The notes under the pieces are model-generated. The model saw only the letters and a program-made list of their open reading frames with translations, made no database searches and was not told the DNA's origin. Positions 36,361 through 44,134 of a DNA stretch of 57,128 bases are shown here, one piece after another. The number at the start of each line of letters is the position of its first letter. Position 1 is the first letter of the stretch. The translations under genes were made by a program, and so were the position numbers. The stretch is from Pirellulales bacterium (GTDB taxonomy: Bacteria; Planctomycetota; Planctomycetia; Pirellulales; Thermoguttaceae): contig JAFGAY010000350.1 in assembly GCA_016933425.1 (NCBI GenBank), positions 1-57,128 on the forward strand. Reading direction: 5' to 3'.

Positions 36361-37383
36361 ATGCGATTCTTTGGAAAAACCGTCACAACCCGTAAGATAG
36401 CGACCAATCTGCCTAGAATAACCCTTATTCTCATCTTTCTGCCTCTTCTCCAGGCTTCCCGGATTTACTCACAAGAGGGTACGGCGGCCGATCAAAACGC
36501 AACCCTATCGGGTGGAAACCAGAGACCCGCCTCCTCGCTAACCGACCGTAGCCGCGACGCCGACGTTTTGCTGGATCGCGCGATCGGACTGCTTGAGCGT
36601 TACCACTCGGTTGCCGCCAACGTCACTTGTGAAGCCGACCTGTTTGGCAAGCGCGTGGCGGCCAAGGGCGATTACCGCGAGCAACGCAGCGGGCCGCTGC
36701 CCAAGGTGCGGCTCGAACTGAAGATGCCGATCGGCGATAAGACGGGCGCCCTAGTCGAGGCGTGCGACGGCCGATACCTGTGGAGTTATCTCCGCCTGGC
36801 CGACGAAGAGGAATTGACCCAGGTCGATCTGCAGCGCGTGGTTCAGGAGCTAGGTTCCGCCGACGCCGGTTCGCCCACCATGTCGCTTTCGGGGACGATC
36901 GGCATGGGCGGACTGGCCGGGCTGATTCGCGAACTCAAACGGAATTTCCAATTCGACGTTATCGAACCGGTCCCATTTCGCGGCGAACCGGCCTGGGAAC
37001 TGCGCGGCGGCTGGCGCCCCGCGCGCCTCGCGGCGATTTTGCCCGACCAAAAGGACGCCATTCTCCGCGGCGAGGCGCCGCGTTGGGAAAAGATGCCGGG
37101 CCACTTGCCCAGCCGTGTGATTTTGACGCTGGGCCGCGACAATCTGTTGCCCTATCGGCTCGACTATCGCCGCCAGGGCCGCGCGGCCGAAGGTGGCGCG
37201 ACTTTGGATGCTTCGGCCGGCGTCGAGGGAAGCGTGGTCGTCGAGTGGTTCAACCTGAGCGTCAACGAACCGATGAAACCGTCCGAATTCGAGTTTTCCC
37301 CGGGCGACGTCGACGTGAACAACGTCACCGATACGTTCATCGAACGGCTCAAAACCCGAGCCGGATCGGATAAGACCGACTGA
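36361..37383 (+). CDS. LolA-like / outer-membrane lipoprotein-sorting-like protein (tentative)
   Basis: ATG 36361 within ORF 36007..37383. Signal peptide ITLILIFLPLLQA. The pattern LLERYHSVAANVTCEADLFGKRVAAKGDYREQR...VRLELKMP...VEACDGRYLWSY resembles LolA-like family proteins. This is recall only. Confidence 0.5.
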   Translation: MRFFGKTVTTRKIATNLPRITLILIFLPLLQASRIYSQEGTAADQNATLSGGNQRPASSLTDRSRDADVLLDRAIGLLERYHSVAANVTCEADLFGKRVAAKGDYREQRSGPLPKVRLELKMPIGDKTGALVEACDGRYLWSYLRLADEEELTQVDLQRVVQELGSADAGSPTMSLSGTIGMGGLAGLIRELKRNFQFDVIEPVPFRGEPAWELRGGWRPARLAAILPDQKDAILRGEAPRWEKMPGHLPSRVILTLGRDNLLPYRLDYRRQGRAAEGGATLDASAGVEGSVVVEWFNLSVNEPMKPSEFEFSPGDVDVNNVTDTFIERLKTRAGSDKTD

Positions 37384-37411
37384 ATGGCCACTGTTGATGG
37401 AATACCGTGAT

Positions 37412-37456
37412 CGTTTTCGCGTTTTCGTTTTTTCGCAGTTTCGTGATGAAAAAACC
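37412..37456 (-). repeat. T-run + CATCACG + (CGAAAA)-type short-period element
   Basis: Minus-strand reading: GGTTTTTTCATCACGAAACTGCGAAAAAACGAAAACGCGAAAACG. Confidence 0.7.
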
Positions 37457-37489
37457 GATCGAATGTGATTTCGAGGCGCAAAGCGAAAT

Positions 37490-38119
37490 TCACTCGAGGT
37501 GAAACACGCTGTTGACCGTCACCGCATGGATCGTTCCCTGGCGGAAACGGAGCACGTTCAGTCCGCAGTTGTCTTGGGGGACCGATCGATATCGGGCCAG
37601 CGGCATTCCGAGCAACTGAGTCAGGTAGCCCCGGTTGACGACATTGTGGGCCACGACGACCACGCGGCGGCCCACGTTGTCGCGCAACAGCGCGTCGAGC
37701 GCCGGTGCGGCACGATCCATCACCTCGCGCAGACATTCGCCCCCCAGGTAGCCGTGCGAGCCGGCGTCGGTCATGAAGGCTTCATAGGCGGTCGGATCGG
37801 CGCGGCGAATGTCGTCCCAATTCATCCCTTCCCATTCGCCGACGTCCACTTCGATGATATCCTCGACAATCTCGACCGACAGGCCCTGGGGCGCGGCGAT
37901 CGCTTCGGCCGTTTGCCGCGCGCGGCGCATGGGGCTCGAATAAACCGCGTCGATCGTCCGCGAGGCCAGAAAACGTCCCGTCCGCGCGGCCTGGTCGCGC
38001 CCGACGACCGACAATTCCAGGTCGAGCCGCTGCCCCTGCAAGACGGGCGGATTCTGCTCGTTGTTTTCCGTCGCGGCATGCCGAATCAGATAGCAGATCG
38101 TCGACTCGCTGTCAGTCAT
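37490..38119 (-). CDS. histidine phosphatase (phosphoglycerate mutase-like) family protein
   Basis: CYLIRHAATENN catalytic RH motif. Second His region VVVAHNVV. Confidence 0.85.
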   Translation of the reverse strand: MTDSESTICYLIRHAATENNEQNPPVLQGQRLDLELSVVGRDQAARTGRFLASRTIDAVYSSPMRRARQTAEAIAAPQGLSVEIVEDIIEVDVGEWEGMNWDDIRRADPTAYEAFMTDAGSHGYLGGECLREVMDRAAPALDALLRDNVGRRVVVVAHNVVNRGYLTQLLGMPLARYRSVPQDNCGLNVLRFRQGTIHAVTVNSVFHLE

Positions 38120-38142
38120 TTTTGAAATCCTGCTCGCAATCC

Positions 38143-38210
38143 GTGGGTCAAGCTGAGTCTGACAAAAAAACGGTAATGGGTTGACATTTGTCAGGCACAG
38201 CCTGACCTAC
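38143..38210. repeat. REP-A inverted pair (left copy degenerate)
   Basis: GTGGGTCAAGCTGAGTCTGACA (38143-38164) and TGTCAGGCACAGCCTGACCTAC (38189-38210). Confidence 0.8.
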
Positions 38211-38222
38211 GGCTAAACCCCA

Positions 38223-38255
38223 CCCTCTAATCCCCAATCCCTAATCCCTAATCCC
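38223..38255 (-). repeat. G-tract heptamer array (GGGATTA/GGGGATT-type, G-rich on the minus strand)
   Basis: Plus-strand reading: CCCTCTAATCCCCAATCCCTAATCCCTAATCCC. Confidence 0.85.
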
Positions 38256-38324
38256 TTCCTGTGGTATATTGGTTGCTATTGTAGCCTCTTCGAGGCATTT
38301 GAAAATCCACGCGGGAGAAAAACC

Positions 38325-38792
38325 ATGCGAGCCTGCGTTCAACGAGTCTGCCGTGCCCGGGTCACCGTCGGCGGCGAACCGGTCGGCCAGATCGACCGCG
38401 GACTGGTCGTGCTCCTGGGCGTTGCCCAAGGCGACACCGAGGACGAGGCGCGGCGCATGGCCGATAAAATCATCGCGCTTCGCGTCTTCGAGGACGACGA
38501 GGGCAAGATGAATCTCGGGCTGGCCGATGCCGGCGGGTCGATGCTCGTCGTAAGCCAGTTCACCTTGCTGGCCGACTGCCGCAAGGGTCGCCGCCCGAGC
38601 TTCACCGACGCCGCCGAGCCCAAGCTGGCCGAAACGCTCTACACGGTTTTCGCCGACCATGTCCGCCATGCCGGCGTGCCGGTCGCCACGGGCCGATTTC
38701 AACAGCACATGGAAGTCGAATTAACCAACGACGGGCCGGTAACCATCCTGTTGGACAGCGAGGAACTCAACCGGCCACGGCAGCGGAAATAA
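38325..38792 (+). CDS. dtd: D-aminoacyl-tRNA deacylase
   Basis: MRACVQRV...GLVVLLGV...SQFTLLAD...GRRPSF...NDGPVTILL. Typical length (155 aa). Confidence 0.9.
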   Translation: MRACVQRVCRARVTVGGEPVGQIDRGLVVLLGVAQGDTEDEARRMADKIIALRVFEDDEGKMNLGLADAGGSMLVVSQFTLLADCRKGRRPSFTDAAEPKLAETLYTVFADHVRHAGVPVATGRFQQHMEVELTNDGPVTILLDSEELNRPRQRK

Positions 38793-38801
38793 GTGAATAC
38801 T

Positions 38802-38887
38802 GAATCACGAAAACACGAAAGCACGAAAACGCCTTCGACCCTACATTCTTTCTTTCGTGTTGTCGTTCTTTCGTGTTTTCGTGATTC
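38802..38887 (+). repeat. long hairpin built from two inverted CACGAAA arrays; probable dtd terminator
   Basis: GAATCACGAAAACACGAAAGCACGAAAACG (38802-38831) pairs with CGTGTTGTCGTTCTTTCGTGTTTTCGTGATTC (38856-38887) and is followed by GTTTTT. It starts 10 nt after the dtd stop. Confidence 0.75.
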
Positions 38888-38961
38888 GTTTTTGAACCAT
38901 GGCATGTCAGGCTTTGCCTGGCGCGTGTTGATAATGGTAAAATAATAGCCTGGAGGTCGTC

Positions 38962-39405
38962 ATGAGCACTGAACTTGCCATTCGCCGCGCGATCGACGAC
39001 GAACACGTGCGGCTGCTGTCGATTTTTTATTATGTGCTGGGCGCGCTCAATGCGTTGTGGGCATTCTTCCCGCTCATCTATGTTTTTTTTGGGCTGTTCT
39101 TCGTAGCAATTTTTCCTACGGTTCCTCACAACAAAGACGCTGCGCCCATGGCGTTTTTTGGCCTGTTCTTCATTGTCATCGGCCTGTTTGGATTCGTCGT
39201 CTGCGTCGCCTTCGCCGCCTTGAAGATCTACGCGGGCTACTGCCTGGCTCAGCGGAAAAACCGGGTGTTTTGCTACGTCGTGGCGGCCCTGTCGTGCCTG
39301 TACATGCCGTTTGGCACGATTCTCGGCGTGTTCACGTTTCTGGTCCTGGCGCGGCCGAACGTTGCCGCCCAATTCCATCGGGCCGCCGCCGAACTGGTCG
39401 AATAG
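38962..39405 (+). CDS. small integral membrane protein, unknown function
   Basis: 147 aa with 4 predicted TM helices (LLSIFYYVLGALNALWAFFPLIYVFFGLFFVAIF...). Confidence 0.6.
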   Translation: MSTELAIRRAIDDEHVRLLSIFYYVLGALNALWAFFPLIYVFFGLFFVAIFPTVPHNKDAAPMAFFGLFFIVIGLFGFVVCVAFAALKIYAGYCLAQRKNRVFCYVVAALSCLYMPFGTILGVFTFLVLARPNVAAQFHRAAAELVE

Positions 39406-39496
39406 AAATTCGCCATGACGTGGGCGCGGCGATTGAGGGATCTTGGTCAATCCTGGAGGGACGTGCTCTGTCGCGTCCGTTTTTTCGGTTGTTTGC

Positions 39497-39521
39497 GGCC
39501 ACGATAGAGCGTGGCCCTCCA
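39497..39521. repeat. REP-C single arm
   Basis: GGCCACGATAGAGCGTGGCCCTCCA, with 2 mismatches to the other copies. Confidence 0.75.
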
Positions 39522-39578
39522 AGGGACAAGGGCCCAACAGAAAACTCGACGCTTGGCCTTCGCGCGCCGTTGAATCGT

Positions 39579-40502
39579 TCACGCCGCCTGTTTCCGGCGT
39601 TTCGACGGTTTGCGGGTGTCTTTCCATCGGCGGTGGATCCACCAGTATTGCTCGGGCGCTTCGCGGATCATTGCTTCCAGCCGGCTCGTGTACCATTGGG
39701 TCACGTCGCCCACCGAGCCCATCTTGCGCACCTCTTGGGCATCGGCCAAAGCCGTGATGGCCATTTCCAGATGGAGCGGCCGGTCCAGACGCCGAGAGCT
39801 GGTGACCACGACCGGCGCGTGGTGTTCGAGCGCCAACAGCGCGATGGCCTTGTGGGCCGAGGCCTGGCGGCCGAAAAACTCGACCCAGCATCCCTTCGGG
39901 CCCGCGTATTGATCGGCCAGAAGCGTCATGGCGCCGCCTCGGCCGAGCACCTCGACGATCTGATCGTATCCGCCGTTTTTCGGAATGATGAACTGGCCCG
40001 TCTGCCCCCGAAAGCGATTCAAGAAGCGGTCCAGATGCGGATTGTCGAGCGTCCGCGCCACGGTGTAGGTTGGGAAACCCAGCAGGCCGAGGACGTAGCC
40101 GGCGACCTCGAAATTGCCGAAATGGGCCGTCACGATGAGCGTCGGATCGTCGGTCAATAGCAGGCGAACCAGTTGGTCCTGGTTTTTCAGCCGAACGAAG
40201 CGGCGCCAATTCGTTTCGTGGATCTTGCGCGGGGCGTGGGCGACTTCGAGCACCAGGAGGAACAAGTGCTCCCACATTCGCTTAAGAACCATCGTCCGCC
40301 GCTGGTCGCTCCATTCGGGAAACGCATGGCGCAGATTTTCCTCGGCCACGTCCCGACGAACTCGGAGCACGTCGCCTAAGAGCCAGGCAAACCAACAGGC
40401 GATCCGGCGGCCCGTCTCGATCCGCAGCGCCTGGGCAATGCAAATCAACACGCGCACGAGGAGATAGACCAGATAATCGAGGACTTGTTGTTTTCCCGGC
40501 AT
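39579..40502 (-). CDS. lipid A biosynthesis (LpxL/HtrB-like) lysophospholipid acyltransferase
   Basis: N-terminal TM segment, TAHFGNFEVAG (H-x4-E acyltransferase motif), LADQ. Confidence 0.8.
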   Translation of the reverse strand: MPGKQQVLDYLVYLLVRVLICIAQALRIETGRRIACWFAWLLGDVLRVRRDVAEENLRHAFPEWSDQRRTMVLKRMWEHLFLLVLEVAHAPRKIHETNWRRFVRLKNQDQLVRLLLTDDPTLIVTAHFGNFEVAGYVLGLLGFPTYTVARTLDNPHLDRFLNRFRGQTGQFIIPKNGGYDQIVEVLGRGGAMTLLADQYAGPKGCWVEFFGRQASAHKAIALLALEHHAPVVVTSSRRLDRPLHLEMAITALADAQEVRKMGSVGDVTQWYTSRLEAMIREAPEQYWWIHRRWKDTRKPSKRRKQAA

Positions 40503-40694
40503 GAACGTCGACTTTCTCCTCGACCAAGCAGGCTAAGCGGAGGATGGCCCTTCTCGCGGAGCGAAACGAGCATCGGGCGACCATTGTTTCAAGAAATGAG
40601 CCTTGTGCCAAGGGCGATTTCGCCGCCTGAGAAACCGCCAAAGGACCGTGGGGGGGAGGAACTGACAGCGGTTTTCGTACTTGGGGCTTCTTGC

Positions 40695-40837
40695 GAACGT
40701 GTTTTGAAATTCGTTCTGGCGACCATTATCCCCACCGGGCTCGTCCCGGTGGAACAAGGTTTAGCAACTACTCGGCCGAACCGCCCCCCCACCTAGCCCC
40801 GGTCGGCCAAAGCGTCTCACGCATTTTCAAGCACGTT
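40695..40837 (+). mobile_element. MITE-like non-coding element, copy 2
   Basis: The left end GAACGTGTTTTGAAATTC (40695-40712) is identical to copy 1. The body GTTCTGGCGACCATTATCCCCACCGGGCTCGTCCCGGTGGAACAAGGTTTAGCAACTACTCGGCCGAAC is colinear with copy 1. The right end GCATTTTCAAGCACGTT (40821-40837) is a weaker inverted match. Confidence 0.55.
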
Positions 40838-40841
40838 TTTA

Positions 40842-40863
40842 CCGCGGCTTCCGCCCGCGGCTA
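40842..40863. repeat. REP-B hairpin (reverse orientation, variant)
   Basis: CCGCGGCTTCCGCCCGCGGCTA, immediately after MITE-like copy 2. Confidence 0.75.
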
Positions 40864-40895
40864 TGATCATGGTTCCCAAGCTCGATTTCTGGTTC

Positions 40896-41987
40896 TCAAT
40901 TTTTAGAGGGTTTTTTCCTTGCTTTTAGCACCGGATCGCTTGCCAGCGGCAAGGAGATCGCGCGGCCCGTCTCGGCCGCTTTGTAAATTGCCAGAATGAC
41001 CTCGACCGACCGGCGTCCCTCGGGCCCGTCGACCGCGGGAGCCGTTCCCTTGTGGATGGCGCGGACAACTTCGCGAAACTGGGCGGCGTGGGCCTGGTGG
41101 CCGATGGCCGCCGGATCGGCCGCGCCGCCTCCGCCGCCATGTCGGGCCGCCATTTTCTCAACAATCGCCCGATCTCGCGGCTTTTTCTTCGCGAAGTCCC
41201 ATTTCACGAGGTCCTCTTCCTCGAGCATGGCGGAGCCTTCGGTGCCGTGGATTTCGATCCGCTTGAGATAGCCTGGGTAAATGGCCGTGCTCGCCTCGAT
41301 CACCCCGAGCGCCCCGTTGACGAACCGGAGCGCGGCTACCGCGTGGTCCTCGACGGCGATCCGCTGGTGGGCCAAGAGGGCCGTTTGGGCGCGGACCTCG
41401 GCCACGGGCCCCATCATCGACAGCAGTAGGTCGACGCTGTGGATGGCCTGGTTCATCAGGGCCCCGCCGCCGTCCAATTCCCATGTGCCCCGCCACGCGC
41501 CGCTGTCGTAATACTTCTGCGTGCGATACCACTTGACGTAGGCGTCGCCGGCCACCAGGCGGCCGAAACGCCCTTGGTCGACCGCTCGACGCAGCTCGAC
41601 GCTGGCGGCGTGAAATCGCGAGGGAAAAATGGTCGAAAGCACCACGCCCGCCTTGTCGCACTCGCGGATGATCCGATCGCAGCGGGACAAGGTGATTTCC
41701 AACGGTTTTTCGACGATGACGTGTTTGCCTGCCCGGGCGGCGGCCACGGCCGGCTCCAGGTGGGCGCCGCTGGGGGTGCCGATGGTCACGACGTCGACCG
41801 CCGGATTGGCCAACATGTCGTCGAGCCGATGATATGCCCGGCAGCCGGTTGCCGCGGCCAGCCGGTCGGCGGCTTCCGGCCGCGTGTCGAAACAAGCCGC
41901 CAGCCGCGCCCCGGCGACGTTGGCGATTGCTCGCGCGTGGAAATCGGCGATCATGCCGCAACCAATTATGCCAAAACCAAGTGCCAT
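40896..41987 (-). CDS. Gfo/Idh/MocA family oxidoreductase
   Basis: ATG 41987, preceded by AAGGAG. FGIIGCGMIADFHARAI Rossmann fold. VIVEKPLE motif. Confidence 0.85.
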   Translation of the reverse strand: MALGFGIIGCGMIADFHARAIANVAGARLAACFDTRPEAADRLAAATGCRAYHRLDDMLANPAVDVVTIGTPSGAHLEPAVAAARAGKHVIVEKPLEITLSRCDRIIRECDKAGVVLSTIFPSRFHAASVELRRAVDQGRFGRLVAGDAYVKWYRTQKYYDSGAWRGTWELDGGGALMNQAIHSVDLLLSMMGPVAEVRAQTALLAHQRIAVEDHAVAALRFVNGALGVIEASTAIYPGYLKRIEIHGTEGSAMLEEEDLVKWDFAKKKPRDRAIVEKMAARHGGGGGAADPAAIGHQAHAAQFREVVRAIHKGTAPAVDGPEGRRSVEVILAIYKAAETGRAISLPLASDPVLKARKKPSKN

Positions 41988-42138
41988 CCATATTCTCCTT
42001 ATCTCGGGGGGATCGCGGGGAATCCCGATTATAGAAGCCGGGCAGCGCCGTGGAAAGAGGCGGTTTCGGGCTGGACAAGCACGGTCGGATCGCCGAACAT
42101 GAATGCGCCGAACCACGCCGCACCGATGGCCGCTGCCT

Positions 42139-42846
42139 ATGCCCAAGTCCGATTTCACCGTTGAAACCCTGGCCAAGTATCTCCACCTGGCGCCTCAGCA
42201 GGTGGCCCGGCTCGCCGACCGCGACGAGTTGCCGGGCCGCAAAGTGGCCGGCCAATGGCGTTTCAGCCGGGCCGAGATTCACCACTGGCTCGAACGTCGC
42301 ATTGGCGCGTCGAACGAGGGCGAGTTGATCGAAGTCGAGGACGTTCTCGATGGGGCCGCCACCCAGGAAGAAACCGAAATCTCGATCGGCCAAATGCTGC
42401 CTCTTGGCGCCATTGCCGCCGAGTTGGGCGCGCGAACGGCCGGTTCGGTCATTCGCTCGATGGTTGCCCTGGCCGCCGACACCGGGCTGCTCTGGGACGC
42501 CGACAAAATGATCGAGGCCGTCCGCACTCGCGAGGAAATGCACCCCACCGCCCTCGAAAACGGCGTGGCTCTGCTCCATCCGCGCCGGCCGATGGGTTCG
42601 ATTCTCGCCGGGCCGCTGTTGGCGCTGGGGCGAACCGCCTCGGGCATCTCGTTTGGCGGCAGCGGCGGCGCTTTGACCGACGTCTTCTTTTTGATCTGCT
42701 CGACCGACGATCGGCAGCACCTCCGCGCCCTTGCTCGATTGAGCCGCGTGATCACCGCGCCTGGTTTTTTGCAAGCGCTGCGGCAGGCGGATCACGCCGA
42801 AGCGATTCATGCACTCATCGTTGATACGGAAGAGGATTTGACCTAA
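42139..42846 (+). CDS. HTH (excisionase/MerR-like) domain fused to PTS EIIA type-2 (PtsN-like) domain
   Basis: ATG 42139. The N-terminus FTVETLAKYLHLAPQQVARLADRDELPGRKVAGQWRFSRAEIHHWL is a helix-turn-helix. The EIIA part has ENGVALLHPRRP (phospho-His position). Confidence 0.75.
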   Translation: MPKSDFTVETLAKYLHLAPQQVARLADRDELPGRKVAGQWRFSRAEIHHWLERRIGASNEGELIEVEDVLDGAATQEETEISIGQMLPLGAIAAELGARTAGSVIRSMVALAADTGLLWDADKMIEAVRTREEMHPTALENGVALLHPRRPMGSILAGPLLALGRTASGISFGGSGGALTDVFFLICSTDDRQHLRALARLSRVITAPGFLQALRQADHAEAIHALIVDTEEDLT

Positions 42847-42888
42847 AAGGCCGCTCCCTCACGGTCGCGGTTCGGTTTGGCCCAGTTT

Positions 42889-42977
42889 GTAGGTCAGGCT
42901 GTGCCTGACAGAAGGGGTAGAGACCTCTGTGCCTGACAGAAGGGGTAGAGACCTCTGTCAGGCATAGCCTGACCTAC
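42889..42977. repeat. composite REP-A element with internal tandem duplication
   Basis: GTAGGTCAGGCTGTGCCTGACA, then GAAGGGGTAGAGACCTCTGTGCCTGACA, then GAAGGGGTAGAGACCTC, then TGTCAGGCATAGCCTGACCTAC. Confidence 0.9.
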
Positions 42978-43012
42978 GATCAAACATCACCACGCTCTCT
43001 ACCCGCCGCGTC

Positions 43013-43822
43013 ATGCATAACCAAGAACCTCTCTCGATTCTCGTGCTGGGCGACACGCACAGAAGCGAGTTTGCCGCGGCCCGGGCGAGTCTCGACGCCC
43101 TGGGGCAGGTCGACGAGGCGGCATCGGTCGACGAGGTTCTGGCGACGGCCGACGCCGATGGGTTGTCGCCGGCCGTGATTGTCGTCGCCCAGCGATATCC
43201 GGGCGAATTTGCAACCGAATCGCTCGATCAGCTCCGTCACAAGGCACCTCTGGCCCGAATCGTGGGTCTGTTGGGAAGCTGGTGCGAAGGCGAGAGCCGC
43301 ACCGGCTACCCGTGGCCCGGTGCAATACGGCTCTATTGGCACCAGTGGATACCTCAGGCGCGCCGCGAGCTGGCCGATTTGACCAGCGGCGGGGCGTCAA
43401 CCTGGTCGCTGCCGAGCACAGCCAACGATGAGGAGCGGCTGCTGGCCGGCTCGCGTCCGACCGTCGGCAACCGGGCGGGCCTGATTGTTTTATGCGTCGA
43501 ACGATTCGAGAGCCATGATTGGCTGGCGGCCGCCGTGAGCCGTCGCGGATTTTCAACCGTTTGGATGCGCCGCGGCCAGCGGATGCGACTCCAAGGCGTC
43601 CGCGCGGCCCTGTTCGACGGAACGTCGCTCGAAACCAACGAGTTGGTTTACCTTCGACGCCTGCACGCCGGCTTGGGGCCGGCCGTACCGATCATTGCCC
43701 TGGCCGATTTTCCACGGATCGAGGACCACGATCGGGCCCGCGAGGCCGGTGCCGCGGCCGTATTGTCCAAACCGCTATTGCTGGAAGACCTGTACGATCG
43801 GTTGGACGAATTGACAGCCTAA
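43013..43822 (+). CDS. tandem receiver-like (CheY-fold) protein, first domain lacks the phospho-acceptor Asp
   Basis: Domain 1: ILVLGD ... VIVVAQRYPGEF, with A-Q where the D of LLD.xMP is expected. Domain 2: LIVLCVE ... AALFDGTSLE ... PIIALADFP ... VLSKP, where the Asp and Lys positions are retained. Confidence 0.55.
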   Translation: MHNQEPLSILVLGDTHRSEFAAARASLDALGQVDEAASVDEVLATADADGLSPAVIVVAQRYPGEFATESLDQLRHKAPLARIVGLLGSWCEGESRTGYPWPGAIRLYWHQWIPQARRELADLTSGGASTWSLPSTANDEERLLAGSRPTVGNRAGLIVLCVERFESHDWLAAAVSRRGFSTVWMRRGQRMRLQGVRAALFDGTSLETNELVYLRRLHAGLGPAVPIIALADFPRIEDHDRAREAGAAAVLSKPLLLEDLYDRLDELTA

Positions 43823-44043
43823 TCCCACGTCGGCCACCGCGTCCAACACCGCGGAAAACTCCTCGCGGGCGATTTCCGAGAGCATGGCGGCCCGCCTTCC
43901 TCAAGCCGAATCCAGAAAAAATGTACACATGTATAGAATGATGGCAGCGTATACCGATAACAAGGGGTACGCCGGGCCACTTACGATTCCCTTGAAGATG
44001 GGTTACCATTGCGTTGCGCGGGGCGTGGTTTCACGCCTTCTAG

Positions 44044-44114
44044 GTAGGCCGGGTCACGACCCGACCTACGGACAAACACGGACGGATACGGTGTCAGGCA
44101 CAGCCCTGACCTAC
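44044..44114. repeat. REP-A copy plus related GC palindrome
   Basis: GTAGGCCGGGTCACGACCCGACCTAC (44044-44069; compare 20703-20722) and TGTCAGGCACAGCCCTGACCTAC (44092-44114). Confidence 0.85.
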
Positions 44115-44134
44115 GTGGTTTCTCTGTTTTCCCT

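Noticed and set aside
38223-38255. Telomere-like CCCTAAT repeats
   Set aside because: These are short internal arrays of 4-6 units inside ordinary intergenic spacers of a bacterial gene-dense region. The period is 7 nt, not the eukaryotic 6-nt TTAGGG. They are better explained as G-tract repeat elements.
38767-42810. ORFs 38767..40275 (502 aa) and 41158..42810 (550 aa)
   Set aside because: Each spans several real genes on both strands as well as repeat-filled spacers. Both are low-complexity, Arg-rich sequence.
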